Shown here one piece after another: positions 35,055 through 44,950 of a DNA stretch of 64,000 nucleotides (positions within the stretch are counted from its first letter, which is position 1; every line of letters starts with the position of its first letter). The notes under the pieces were generated by a model. It was not told where the DNA came from. It searched no databases and worked only from the letters and a program-made list of their open reading frames with translations. Origin of the DNA: Tepidisphaera sp. (GTDB lineage: Bacteria; Planctomycetota; Phycisphaerae; Phycisphaerales; UBA1924); assembly GCA_050916045.1 (NCBI GenBank), contig CP051526.1, positions 192,001 to 256,000 on the forward strand, read 5' to 3'. The position numbers and the translations under genes are program-made.

Positions 35055-35513
35055 TCACCGCGAAGCCGGCGCGAGGGTGCCTGTCCCGGAGAAATCGACC
35101 GTCGGCGTGCGCACCCCGAAATCAAAGAGGACGCCCGCGATCGTGCCCGGCTCGACGTACGTCATGGTGCCCTCAACCTCGTAGACGCCGCCGGCTCCGA
35201 TCCCGCCCGGCACGACCGCCGGAAGCAGGAGCCGCTGCGTGCCGAACCGCCGGAGCGTGGCCTGCGGCGATCGGAAACCAGAGAAAACCTGCTTGCCGTC
35301 ACGAGAAACCGTGTATCGAACCTCCGTGAGCGGGAGCTGGTCCTCCGCCGTGCTCTGAGCTTCGAGCTCCACGATCAGAAGGGAGCCGTCCGGGGTCGAA
35401 TCGCCGGGAGTCATCCCGACGACCGAGATCATCGGTGCCGGCGTCGACCAGCAGCCTCCCATCGCGAGGCAGGAAGCGGCCAGACCGACAGGCAGGAGCG
35501 TTCGAAGCAGCAT
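35055..35513 (-). CDS. Putative lipoprotein (LEA_2/WHy-like beta sandwich)
   Basis: Hydrophobic signal ending GGC; beta-rich body; TACACT 7 nt before ATG 35513. Confidence 0.55.
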   Translation of the reverse strand: MLLRTLLPVGLAASCLAMGGCWSTPAPMISVVGMTPGDSTPDGSLLIVELEAQSTAEDQLPLTEVRYTVSRDGKQVFSGFRSPQATLRRFGTQRLLLPAVVPGGIGAGGVYEVEGTMTYVEPGTIAGVLFDFGVRTPTVDFSGTGTLAPASR

Positions 35514-35594
35514 GGCCGACAGTGTACGGGTCGAGCTTGGGTCGGAGCGATTCGGTATCATGCCCGAGGGGCCGGTGGGTCCAAGGAACGCACC

Positions 35595-36248
35595 ATGTCC
35601 CACGGGCTGGAGCAGCGGTTCATCGAGCTATGCGGGAGGGTCGCGCCGGGGTCCTCGGCCGAGGGCGGAGCGTTCGCCTTTCATCTGCTTTCGGCGTGCT
35701 ACGCCTATCCGCGGCGGGAGTACCACTCGCTGAAGCACATCGGGGAATGCCTGGGGCATCTGGACGCGTTCCGGTCTATTGCGCAGGACGCCGACGCTTT
35801 GGAGTTCGCGATTTTCGTGCACGACGCGATCTATGACGCGACGCGGAAGGACAACGAAGCTCGCAGCGCGATCCTCGGCGCGATGCTTCTGGATCAGCTC
35901 GGGGCTCCGGCGGAGAAGGTTTCGCGGGTGAACGAGCTGGTTGCGGCGACGACCCATACCCGTTCGGGGCTGGCGGGGGACGAATCGCTGATCGTGGACA
36001 TCGATTTGGCGATTCTCGGGGCGGATTCGGCGCGATACGACGAGTACGCGGTGGGGATTCGCAAGGAATACGCCCATGCGGACGCTTCGGCGTACCGCGT
36101 GGGCCGGTGCGCGTTCCTCCGGGCGATGCTGGCCCGAGAACGGTTATTCGGCCATGAAACCGTTCGGGATCGGTTTGAAACGCAGGCCCGCGCGAACCTC
36201 GCGGTCGAGCTTGAGTCGCTCTCGCCGCAGCGCGCCGCGGACCGGTAA
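35595..36248 (+). CDS. Predicted HD-superfamily metal-dependent phosphohydrolase
   Basis: YHSLKH, HDAIYD, DNEARSA, DIDLAILG, IRKEY motifs. Confidence 0.88.
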   Translation: MSHGLEQRFIELCGRVAPGSSAEGGAFAFHLLSACYAYPRREYHSLKHIGECLGHLDAFRSIAQDADALEFAIFVHDAIYDATRKDNEARSAILGAMLLDQLGAPAEKVSRVNELVAATTHTRSGLAGDESLIVDIDLAILGADSARYDEYAVGIRKEYAHADASAYRVGRCAFLRAMLARERLFGHETVRDRFETQARANLAVELESLSPQRAADR

Positions 36249-36293
36249 GCGGCCTCAAAGTTGAACTTGCAAGGAAAGTCCTGCAATCCGACA

Positions 36294-36322
36294 TTGAAAT
36301 TGACCGGTTTGTCAGGTATCTT
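36294..36322 (+). promoter_or_regulatory. Putative sigma70 promoter of the dockerin-anchored protein
   Basis: TTGAAA (36294-36299), 17-nt spacer, TATCTT (36317-36322) in an AT-richer intergenic region. Confidence 0.5.
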
Positions 36323-36447
36323 GGAAGGAACCGCAAGGATCTGCGGAGCGAATCCGGAGTCTACAGGCCGCACCCTTTTTTCGGGCGGCTGAGTCTCCAC
36401 CGGGACCGATAACGGAACCGAACAAAGTCAAGACGGGAGCGAACGCG

Positions 36448-39400
36448 ATGGATTTGAAGACGTCAAGGCGTGGAATCGTGTCGGCCTTGTGCAGGGGTGT
36501 GTCGACGAAGGTCGTGACGGGTCTGGCGGCCTTGATGGCCGCCGGTGCCGCTTCCGCTCAGCCTTGCGACGGGCAGTTCCAGACCGGGAACGGCATTCCC
36601 GGAATCAGCGGCAACGGCAACACGATCGTCTCCTGGGACCCGGACGGTGCGGGTCCGACGCCCGAGCTGCTTTATGCCGGCGGCCGGTTCAAGCTCGCCC
36701 ACACGACCTTGGTGAACAGCTTCGCGTCGTGGGAGCCTCTCTTCAATCAGCAGAACCCGACGGGGATCTGGCGGAGCGTGGCGGGTGGCGTGACCGGCGC
36801 GGGTGGGGCATTGGGCACGATCAACGTGCTTTTCCCGATCGGCACGGACATGCTGGTGGGCGGTCAGTTCACGACCGCGGGCGGTGTGGCGGCGACGAAC
36901 GTCGTGAAGTTCGACGGCCTGACGAACACGTGGATTCCTTACGGAGCCGGCGTGAACGGCCCGGTCTTTGCGGCGACGATCTTCAACGGGCAGCTCTTTA
37001 TCGGCGGCCGGTTCCAGATCACTCCGGGCATCCCCTCGCAGGACAGCGTGGCCCGCTGGGACGGTTCCCGTTGGCGTGCGGTCGGAGCCGGGTTCCAGAT
37101 TCCCGATCCGGCGGACGATCCGCCCTCTGATCCGCCTCTGACGCTTCCCGGTACCGTGTTCTCTCTTGCGGTGCACAACAACCGGCTCTACGCGGGCGGT
37201 GCGTTCGTCTTCTCCGGCCGGACCCCGGCTCCGGAGCTTGAGCCGATCGACTGTCAGTATTTCGCGGTGTGGAATCCTCAGGCGCAGGTGTGGTCGCCGA
37301 TGCTCGCCACGGAGTTGACGGCGCCGTTCCCGTACGCCCCGGTCGTCTACACGCTCCGCTCTTACGGCGGCCTGCTTTATCTGGGCGGCATCTGGGACAA
37401 CTACGGCGCATCCATCGCGGTTTCCAACGGCGTCTCTGAGCTTCTGGGCGGCGTCGTGGCTCCGGTCAACGGCGGTGTGTACAAGTTCTTTGACTGGAGC
37501 AAGGTGTACTCGCTGAACCAGGTCGGCACCGAGCTGATCGTGGGCGGCGACTTTGAGTACGCCGGCGCGGCGAGCTCCCGGTACGCGTTCAACGTGGTTC
37601 GTTGGAACGGCGCTCAGTACCTGGCCGTGGCTGACGGCGGCTCGGAAGGGACTGTGGTTTCGGTGGCTCCGCACCGCGGCCAGCTGGCGATCATGGGCGG
37701 GCTTGAAGTCGTGAACGGCCAGCGCGTTCGCGGCCTGTCTTGGTACAACGGTTCGATCTGGACGCGTACCGGCCTCGGCCAGGACGGTCCGATCACGGCG
37801 ATGGCCAAGTTCAACAACCAGATCGTGGCGGGCGGCGGTTTCGGCCGCATGTCCAACGACACGATGGCGCTGGGCGTGGCGTTCTTCAACGGCACGTCCT
37901 GGACGCAGGTCGGTCAGGGTCTCTCTTCCGGCGCTCGCGGCACGCTTCCGCTGCCTCCCCCGGCCGTTCAGCCCAACCGTCCTCTCCAGCCTCCGGTCAT
38001 CAACGACCTCACGACCCACAACGGCGATCTGATCGCGGTGGGCGAGTTCTCGCAGTCGGGTACCACGACCGGGTTCGCGAATATCGCGTCCTGGAACGGC
38101 GCGGTCTGGTCGCCGGTGGGACAGGTTGACGGTCCGGTGTACGGAGCCGCAAGCTACCGCGGTCGCCTCTACATCGCCGGTGACCTCATCAACTACGGCA
38201 ACATCTGCGAGTACGACGGGTTCGGCGGGTACAACGCCGTGACCTTCGGCACTGACGGCCCGGGCCTCTGCCTGACGGTCCACAACGACCAGCTCGTCGC
38301 GGGCGGCATCTTCGGATTTGCCGGCGGCGTGGACACGGGCGTGATCGCCAAGTGGAACTACGACACCGAAACCTGGTCGCGCATCAGCAACACGCAGCGG
38401 ACCTTTACGCCCCCGCCGCAGAATCCCCCGATCCCGCCGCAGTGCAACGCCGTGGCGGTCATCGACGGCGTTCTCTACGCCGGCGGCAACTGGATCAACA
38501 TCAACGGCAACGCCAACCTCCGCAAGCTTGCGAAGTTTGATCAGGCAAGCGGCCTGTGGGTCCCGGTCGGTCCCAACCTGACCGGTCCCAACTTCGATGT
38601 CTGGACGATCAACAAGGTCGGCAACAGCATCTACGTCGGCGGCGCCGGCGGCGCGAACCTCATGGCTTTCGACGGCACCGCTTGGCGGACCGTTGACGGC
38701 GGCACGGACGGCCCGGTCTTCGGCGTCGAAGAGCTCAACGGCCGCGCCTGGGTCGGCGGCAACTTCCTCACCGCCAGCGGCGAGCCTTCCTCCTACTTCA
38801 CCTCCTACATCGCGGACATCCCCGTCTCCATCACGACCTCTCCGGCCGGTGCGACCGTCTGTGAAGGCGGAAGCGTGACGCTGAGCGTCGCCGCGACCGG
38901 CACGGCTCCCATCACCTACCAGTGGAAGCGCAACGGCGTCGACGTCGCGGGCGCGACCGCTCCGACCCTCAACCTCAACCCCGTGAACGCGGGCAACGCC
39001 GGCAACTACACCGTGGTCGTCCGCAACAGCTGCTCCAACGCCACCAGCGGCGCGGCGGCGGTCGTGGTCAACCCGGCGGCGGCGATCACGACTCAGCCGC
39101 AGAACCGGTCGCTCTGCTCCGGTCAGGCGCTGAGCCTCTCCGTCACCGCGACGGGCAACCCCACCTATCAGTGGCGCCTCAACGGCAACAACATCAACGG
39201 CGCGACGGCTTCGACCTACACGGTCGCCAACCCGACCGCCGCGGACGCGGGCAACTACACGGTCGTCGTCTCTAACAACTGCAACAGCGTCACGAGCAAC
39301 GCCGCGGTCGTGACCATCAATCAGTCCGTCTCCATCACGGCCCAGCCCCAGGGTCAGAACATCTGCTCGAGCACGGCCCTGAACCTGTCGGTCACGGCGA

Positions 39401-39987
39401 CCGGCAGCGGCACGCTGACCTACCAGTGGCGCCGCAACGGCAACAACATCGAGGGCGCGACCAGCGACACCTACTCGGTCGCCAACCCCACCAGCGCCAA
39501 CTCCGGCACCTACACCGTCATCGTGACCAACGCCTGCGGCAGCCTCACGAGCAACGCCGCCAACGTCACCGTCAACCAGGCCGCGGCGATCACCAACCAC
39601 CCGCAGGGCGCCTTCGGCTGCACCGGCGGCACGGTGAACCTCTCGGTCACGGCGACCGGTTCCAACCTCACCTACCAGTGGCAGCGCAACGGCCAGAACA
39701 TCGAGGGGGCGACGTCCTCGACCTACCTCGTCAACGTGAGCGTCGCCACCGCCGGCGACTACCGCGTGCTCGTGTCCAACTCCTGCGGCTCGGTCACCAG
39801 CAACGTCGCGACCGTCTCGGTCTGCGGTGCTGACTTCAACTGCGACCAGTTCGTCGACTTCTTCGACTACCTCGACTTCGTGACCGCCTTCGAGGACGGC
39901 CTCAACGGCGGCGACTTCAACGCCGACGGCTTCATCGACTTCTTCGACTACATCGAGTTCACCGACGCCTACACGACCGGCTGCTAA
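36448..39987 (+). CDS. Secreted beta-propeller + four Ig-like domains + GC-type dockerin-anchored protein
   Basis: Signal peptide (ASAQP); repeated LYAGG.F....ARWDG..W blades; four YQW.RNG...G.Y.V.V.N.C Ig repeats; C-terminal ADFNCDQFVDFFDY...DFNADGFIDFFDY...GC. Confidence 0.88.
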   Translation: MDLKTSRRGIVSALCRGVSTKVVTGLAALMAAGAASAQPCDGQFQTGNGIPGISGNGNTIVSWDPDGAGPTPELLYAGGRFKLAHTTLVNSFASWEPLFNQQNPTGIWRSVAGGVTGAGGALGTINVLFPIGTDMLVGGQFTTAGGVAATNVVKFDGLTNTWIPYGAGVNGPVFAATIFNGQLFIGGRFQITPGIPSQDSVARWDGSRWRAVGAGFQIPDPADDPPSDPPLTLPGTVFSLAVHNNRLYAGGAFVFSGRTPAPELEPIDCQYFAVWNPQAQVWSPMLATELTAPFPYAPVVYTLRSYGGLLYLGGIWDNYGASIAVSNGVSELLGGVVAPVNGGVYKFFDWSKVYSLNQVGTELIVGGDFEYAGAASSRYAFNVVRWNGAQYLAVADGGSEGTVVSVAPHRGQLAIMGGLEVVNGQRVRGLSWYNGSIWTRTGLGQDGPITAMAKFNNQIVAGGGFGRMSNDTMALGVAFFNGTSWTQVGQGLSSGARGTLPLPPPAVQPNRPLQPPVINDLTTHNGDLIAVGEFSQSGTTTGFANIASWNGAVWSPVGQVDGPVYGAASYRGRLYIAGDLINYGNICEYDGFGGYNAVTFGTDGPGLCLTVHNDQLVAGGIFGFAGGVDTGVIAKWNYDTETWSRISNTQRTFTPPPQNPPIPPQCNAVAVIDGVLYAGGNWININGNANLRKLAKFDQASGLWVPVGPNLTGPNFDVWTINKVGNSIYVGGAGGANLMAFDGTAWRTVDGGTDGPVFGVEELNGRAWVGGNFLTASGEPSSYFTSYIADIPVSITTSPAGATVCEGGSVTLSVAATGTAPITYQWKRNGVDVAGATAPTLNLNPVNAGNAGNYTVVVRNSCSNATSGAAAVVVNPAAAITTQPQNRSLCSGQALSLSVTATGNPTYQWRLNGNNINGATASTYTVANPTAADAGNYTVVVSNNCNSVTSNAAVVTINQSVSITAQPQGQNICSSTALNLSVTATGSGTLTYQWRRNGNNIEGATSDTYSVANPTSANSGTYTVIVTNACGSLTSNAANVTVNQAAAITNHPQGAFGCTGGTVNLSVTATGSNLTYQWQRNGQNIEGATSSTYLVNVSVATAGDYRVLVSNSCGSVTSNVATVSVCGADFNCDQFVDFFDYLDFVTAFEDGLNGGDFNADGFIDFFDYIEFTDAYTTGC

Positions 39988-40011
39988 GCGATCAGAGACT
40001 CAGTCAACCAC

Positions 40012-40049
40012 CGAGCCCGCGGGACACTCCCGCGGGCTCGTTTCTTTTT
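40012..40049 (+). terminator. Rho-independent terminator
   Basis: CGAGCCCGCGGGA-CAC-TCCCGCGGGCTCG followed by TTTCTTTTT. Confidence 0.9.
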
Positions 40050-40073
40050 CCGGATCGTGCTCCCGCCACGCTC

Positions 40074-40700
40074 TCAGAAGGGCTCAAAGACCGGCGGGCC
40101 GGGCGGAGCGTCCGCGAGCTGAAGTCCGCGAGCCGTCGGCGCCGGGGCAAACGGCCTGCTCAACCGGTCGAACGCCGCCGTCGGCAGGTGCACCGTCCGC
40201 CAGCGCAGGCTCCGCACCTTCATCGCGCTCATGTAGTCACCAAGCGTGATCGCTCGCAGCGCGTACCACCGTCCGCGATGCTCGAAGATCTCTTCAAACA
40301 GAGCGTCCGGCGGCTGCTCATCGCACCAGTAGATGAACACGAACGCGGGCATGAACTCCGGCCCGAAAAGCCGGCCCCACGCTTCGAGCGAGCTCACATC
40401 GTCAAGCGTCACCCAGCTTTCAAGCCTGCCCTTGGGCGGAGCCGCCGGATTCGCGATCATCCGTCGCGCGATCCGCCGCCCCTTGACCTCCACCAGCAGG
40501 TTCGAGCCCTGCCCGTAGATGACAAAGTCGAAGGACTTCAGCGCCGCCGCCGTCGACCCATCCGGCGCGGTGCGCACCAGAAGCGGCTGCCCCTCGGGAA
40601 CAAGCGCCTTCTTGGCTTCATCCACCGCGACGTACGGCACACGCCGCGTGCGGAGGAATGTCTCAAAAGCGTGCTCGTAATGGTGACGACGCTGAGCCAC
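40074..40700 (-). CDS. HYExAFE-family protein (PD-(D/E)XK-like)
   Basis: HYEHAFE..LR...PYVAVDE, KSFDFV, LLVEVKGR; GTG start at 40700 after TACGCT. Confidence 0.8.
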   Translation of the reverse strand: MAQRRHHYEHAFETFLRTRRVPYVAVDEAKKALVPEGQPLLVRTAPDGSTAAALKSFDFVIYGQGSNLLVEVKGRRIARRMIANPAAPPKGRLESWVTLDDVSSLEAWGRLFGPEFMPAFVFIYWCDEQPPDALFEEIFEHRGRWYALRAITLGDYMSAMKVRSLRWRTVHLPTAAFDRLSRPFAPAPTARGLQLADAPPGPPVFEPF

Positions 40701-40737
40701 ACCGGAGCGTACCACACGCCGACCCCGCGTGACGGGC

Positions 40738-41664
40738 TCAATCCGTCCGACGGAGCAGCCGGTCGAGAATCACAGGGATCGCCGGGGGCACCGGGCCCTT
40801 CGCCGCCCGCCCAAGCCGCGTCCGCACCGCGTCCGTCGGGGAGACGTTCCGCACCAGACCCCGATGCGTCGCGCAAAGTTCAACCACGTCCCGCACGCCC
40901 GCAAGCCGCGCCGAAGCCACCGACACCACCCCGTCCCCCATCGCGTCCAGAATCGCCCGCCCCACGGTGTTCCGCTCGGGCGGAAGCGGCAGCAGCCGGC
41001 CCAGGATGATCGTCATCGCCACTTCTGGCAACGGCCTTGTCTCCAGATCAGTGAAGAACGGCGAACCCGGCATGAGGTCCACGCCCGCCCGGCCGCGTTC
41101 TCCTCGCGGGCTGGCCGAACCCGGCGGAGTCCACCCCGGGCTTTCGGCCCAGCGGGCCAATTGCTCGCGAGCTTCGGCGACCCAGCGATGGCGAGCCAGC
41201 GGCGAGCCCTTGTTGGGAGTCCCGATCGTGATCAGCCGCTGCGGCGCGGGCAGGGTCCCCGGCTTTGCCGGCCTCGTGAGCGCATCGCGAGCGACCAGGC
41301 CACCCATCGAGTGACCGATCGCGTCAAAGGTCCGCACCCCCATCGCGGCAAGCTCGGCGAGGGTCGCGAGCAACCGGTCCGCCGACGCCGCGATCGCCTG
41401 ATCGTTCGGATAGTCGAACCTTGCCACGCAAAGCCCGGCCGAAGCGATCGCCGGCCCCGCGTCGTCCCAGATCCGTCCCGGTTCATCGAGTCCGTGGATC
41501 AGCACCACAAGCCGGTCCGGCCGGGCGGTCGGCGGCTCGGGGGTCCAGTGGTGTCCCGGCGGCGATGGGGGAGTCAGCCCGTGCGAGCGATGGGGCGATC
41601 CGGGCTTGAGATAGAACAACCCGAGCGGGATGCGGTGGCCGGGCTTGGAGGTTGAACGCTTCAC
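40738..41664 (-). CDS. Alpha/beta-hydrolase (lipase/esterase-like)
   Basis: VVLIHGL, GHSMGG nucleophile elbow, GTPNKGS, GDGVV, terminal His; start uncertain. Confidence 0.85.
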   Translation of the reverse strand: MKRSTSKPGHRIPLGLFYLKPGSPHRSHGLTPPSPPGHHWTPEPPTARPDRLVVLIHGLDEPGRIWDDAGPAIASAGLCVARFDYPNDQAIAASADRLLATLAELAAMGVRTFDAIGHSMGGLVARDALTRPAKPGTLPAPQRLITIGTPNKGSPLARHRWVAEAREQLARWAESPGWTPPGSASPRGERGRAGVDLMPGSPFFTDLETRPLPEVAMTIILGRLLPLPPERNTVGRAILDAMGDGVVSVASARLAGVRDVVELCATHRGLVRNVSPTDAVRTRLGRAAKGPVPPAIPVILDRLLRRTD

Positions 41665-41694
41665 GAGACGGCGGGGAGCTTGGCGTGGTGCGGA

Positions 41695-43020
41695 TCAGCG
41701 CCCGTCGCGCGATTCGATGAGGGCTTGGAGCAGGTTCTTCTCGAACTCTTCCTGCGCGTTCTTTGCGGTGTTCATCGCTTGCTTGAGCTGGGCGAGGATC
41801 TCGCCAAGAGCCGCGGGGTCGGCCGGATCCGAGCGGGCGATGGTGGATTCGAGGGTTTCGCCCAGAGCGCGGACGTCGCCGACGGCCTGGGCGTAAGCCC
41901 GGGCCGAGTCGTAGACGAGCTGCTCGCGGAGTTCCTTGGTCGACGGCCGCTGCAGGACGCGCCAAGGCTGTGCGACGATCTCGTCGATCCCGATCTTGAG
42001 GCTGTCGGCGGCCTGCCGCGTGCTCGCGAGCGTCCGCTTGATGCCCGGAAGCTCGGCGGAAAGCTGAGCGACCGCGTCGCTGGCATCGTCGCTGATCTTG
42101 CGGAGCGATTTGGCGATCGCGGGGGCTTCGCGGGCGGTCTCAAGGACGAACCCGAGCGTGTCACCGGCGAGGCCGGAGGTGAGCACGTCCACGTTGCGGA
42201 AAATGCTGTCGAAACGGGCGGCGTTGTTGTCGATGAGCTTCTGCGTCGTGTCGATGACGCCCAAAGCCCGGTCCAGGCCGCTATCGACCTTGGTGATCAG
42301 CGGGTCGATGCGGTCGGCGCCGCGGTCCACCGTGGCGAGAATGTCGTCGAGAGATCTGGACCACTCGGGGAGCTTGCTCGCGAACTTGTCGATCGACTCG
42401 CCGGCGCGGTCGACGGCCTGCTGAAGCTTGTCCGAGTTGCCCGAGACGAGCTTGCGGGCGTCGCTCATGACCGTCGCGGTGTCTTCGACGATCTGCTGAA
42501 CCTTCGAAGCCTGCTCGGGGCCGAACCCGGCTTGCGCGAGGAACGCGGGCGGAGAGAGTGTGCCGCGGAGGACATCGCCCGCGTCGATCTTGTCGGTGGC
42601 ACCGAGACGGGCCACCGTGTTCCCGCCGGGTTGACCGGCGGAATTGATGCTGAGGGCCGAGATCGTGCCGAGGAGCGGCTTGTCCAGCGAGATGGAAGCG
42701 TTGTCGTAGAGCTCGATGTCGCTCCGCATCTCCACATCGACGAGCACCGAGAGCGGAATCCTGGACTCGGCCTTCGGATCCGACCATTCGTACCCGATCG
42801 CGGAGACCTGCCCGACCTGCTGGCCGCCAAGAAGCACCGCCGAGCCGGGCTTGAGGCCCGAGGTGCCGTCCGCCAGCGAGAACCGGACCTTGAACGTCTT
42901 GGACCAGCCAAGGGGCGTGCCGCCCGCGAACATGAAGGACAGCGCGACCGTTCCCGCCAGGCCGCCCACGAGGAACAAGCCCGCCAGCCAGTTGTACTTG
43001 CTCGTCGCCCATGAACTCAT
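41695..43020 (-). CDS. MlaD/MCE-family protein with a long helical extension
   Basis: N-terminal TM, GLKPGSAVLLGGQQVGQV MCE motif, LLG, long coiled-coil region. Confidence 0.85.
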   Translation of the reverse strand: MSSWATSKYNWLAGLFLVGGLAGTVALSFMFAGGTPLGWSKTFKVRFSLADGTSGLKPGSAVLLGGQQVGQVSAIGYEWSDPKAESRIPLSVLVDVEMRSDIELYDNASISLDKPLLGTISALSINSAGQPGGNTVARLGATDKIDAGDVLRGTLSPPAFLAQAGFGPEQASKVQQIVEDTATVMSDARKLVSGNSDKLQQAVDRAGESIDKFASKLPEWSRSLDDILATVDRGADRIDPLITKVDSGLDRALGVIDTTQKLIDNNAARFDSIFRNVDVLTSGLAGDTLGFVLETAREAPAIAKSLRKISDDASDAVAQLSAELPGIKRTLASTRQAADSLKIGIDEIVAQPWRVLQRPSTKELREQLVYDSARAYAQAVGDVRALGETLESTIARSDPADPAALGEILAQLKQAMNTAKNAQEEFEKNLLQALIESRDGR

Positions 43021-43066
43021 GGCCAACAGGATAGCGGGCGGTCGGCCACCGCGGGGCCCGGGCTCG

Positions 43067-43972
43067 TCAGCGGGCCGCCAGCGTCAGCCCCACGTTCACC
43101 GCGTTGAACACCATGTGCACCACGATGCACGGACCGACCCTGCCCGTTCGGACCTGAAGCACGCCCAGCCCCACGCTCAGGACAAAGAGCGGGATCGTCG
43201 CGTGCCACGGCACCGCGCCTCCGCCCAGATGGGAGAGCGCAAAAAGGACCGACGTCAGCGCGATCCCCGTCCAGGCGTTCCGGCAGGCTTGGATCAGCGC
43301 CGTCTGGAGCAGCATTCGGTACATGATCTCTTCGACGATCGGAGCTCCGATCACGGCCGAGGCGATGATGACGCGGACCCACGGGTCGCTCGGATCGCTC
43401 ACGATTCGGTTCAACGCCTCGTGCTGGATCGGATTGGGAGCCTCGCCCTGAAGACGGGTCAGGATGAAGGTCAGAGCCGTCGAGGACGCGAGCACCAGCG
43501 GATAGATCGCCGCGAAACTCGCAAGCCCGATCCATAGGTCCCGGGCACGGAAAATCGACGAAAGACCCTTCGCCGAAGCCAGCACCGCGAGCGTCAGAGC
43601 CGCCGGGATCCCAAATCCGTGAAACCCCAGCGCGATCGCTCCACGCCCCGCGTTGGACTCTTTCACCACCACCTGCGGCCACGGCAGCACATCCCGCATC
43701 ACGAGTTGGGCTCCGATCCCGCACGCCAGGTACACCATCACCGCCGACATCAGAAGTGCCGTCCAGTGCTGCGTCGACGCCGGGGGCGCGAGCTTCTTCG
43801 AGAGCGAGCCCGGCCCCACATACCCCCTCGCCCAAAGCACCGCGATCGAAAGCGGGGCGGCGATCAGCATGACCAGCGTGAACCAAGACACCCACCCCGG
43901 CCCGGGGCTCGTCGGGCCCGTCGCGGGCTCCGGAACGGCCGTCGGCTGGGCCGGATACAGCTCGGGCTGCAT
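43067..43972 (-). CDS. CPBP (Abi/CAAX) intramembrane glutamic endopeptidase
   Basis: APIVEEIMYR, FALSH, HMVFN motifs with multiple TMs; the true start may lie up to ~100 nt further upstream. Confidence 0.85.
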   Translation of the reverse strand: MQPELYPAQPTAVPEPATGPTSPGPGWVSWFTLVMLIAAPLSIAVLWARGYVGPGSLSKKLAPPASTQHWTALLMSAVMVYLACGIGAQLVMRDVLPWPQVVVKESNAGRGAIALGFHGFGIPAALTLAVLASAKGLSSIFRARDLWIGLASFAAIYPLVLASSTALTFILTRLQGEAPNPIQHEALNRIVSDPSDPWVRVIIASAVIGAPIVEEIMYRMLLQTALIQACRNAWTGIALTSVLFALSHLGGGAVPWHATIPLFVLSVGLGVLQVRTGRVGPCIVVHMVFNAVNVGLTLAAR

Positions 43973-44096
43973 GGTTATCAGACCTAAACATGCCGGCGCG
44001 ATCGCCAACGCCACCAGAACGCCGATGACCCCTGCGGTGCCGGCGTTCCGAGGGGCAACAATCTTGCCGGCGGCCCCAAGGCCCGATGGAGGCACG

Positions 44097-44933
44097 GTGA
44101 GCGATCTGCTGGCGGACATCGTGAGGCGCAAGAAGCTCGAGGTCGCCGCGGCCAAAGCCCGCGTGGCTTTCGAGACCGTCCGGGCGAGCGCCGAACGCCA
44201 GCCCGCCCCGCGCGATTTCGTCGGGTCGTTGCGGTCCGTGCGCAACAGCGCCGCCGTCATCGCCGAGGTGAAGCGGAAAAGCCCGTCGGCGGGCTGGATC
44301 CGCTCCGAGTGGTCGCAGGATTCGTTCGCGCCCGAGGTCATCGCCGGACGGTATGAAGCATGCGGAGCAGCGGCGATCAGTTGCCTCACCGACTTTGAGG
44401 GCTTTGGCGGCGAACTTGGCTACATCGGCCGGATCCGGGCCGCCGTGCGGATCCCGGTCATGCGCAAGGATTTCCTGATCGATCCGTACCAGATCTTCGA
44501 AGCCCGGGCCGCCGGTGCCGACGCCGTGCTGCTTATCGCGGAGTGTTTGGACGAACCCGCGATGCGCGAACTGCACGCGACGGCTCGCGCTATGAAGATG
44601 GGTGTGATCCTCGAATCGCACGATGAAGCGAACTTTGACCGAACGGTCGCGATCGCGGGTTCGGATCCGGGCACGCTCATCGGGGTCAATAATCGTGATC
44701 TCCGTACGATGAAGGTCGACCTGGGGCACACGCTGCGGCTTGCGGCCAGGACGAAGGATGTTTCGCGGATCGTGGGGGAGTCGGGGATCGGCGTGCCGGC
44801 GGATCTGGACCGTCTTCGGGAAGCCGGGGTTCGGATCGTTCTGGTGGGTGAGCGGCTGATGAGGCAGGCGGATCCGGGCGCGGCGCTGGCGGCCTTGCTC
44901 GCGGTAAACCAAGCGGAAGCAAAGCGGGCATGA
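44097..44933 (+). CDS. trpC: Indole-3-glycerol phosphate synthase
   Basis: IAEVKRKSPSAG, AISCLTD..FGG, RKDFLIDPYQ, GVNNRDL, ESGI, LVGE; GGAGG before GTG 44097. Confidence 0.96.
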   Translation: MSDLLADIVRRKKLEVAAAKARVAFETVRASAERQPAPRDFVGSLRSVRNSAAVIAEVKRKSPSAGWIRSEWSQDSFAPEVIAGRYEACGAAAISCLTDFEGFGGELGYIGRIRAAVRIPVMRKDFLIDPYQIFEARAAGADAVLLIAECLDEPAMRELHATARAMKMGVILESHDEANFDRTVAIAGSDPGTLIGVNNRDLRTMKVDLGHTLRLAARTKDVSRIVGESGIGVPADLDRLREAGVRIVLVGERLMRQADPGAALAALLAVNQAEAKRA

Positions 44934-44950
44934 TCGCCCTGGAGAAAACG

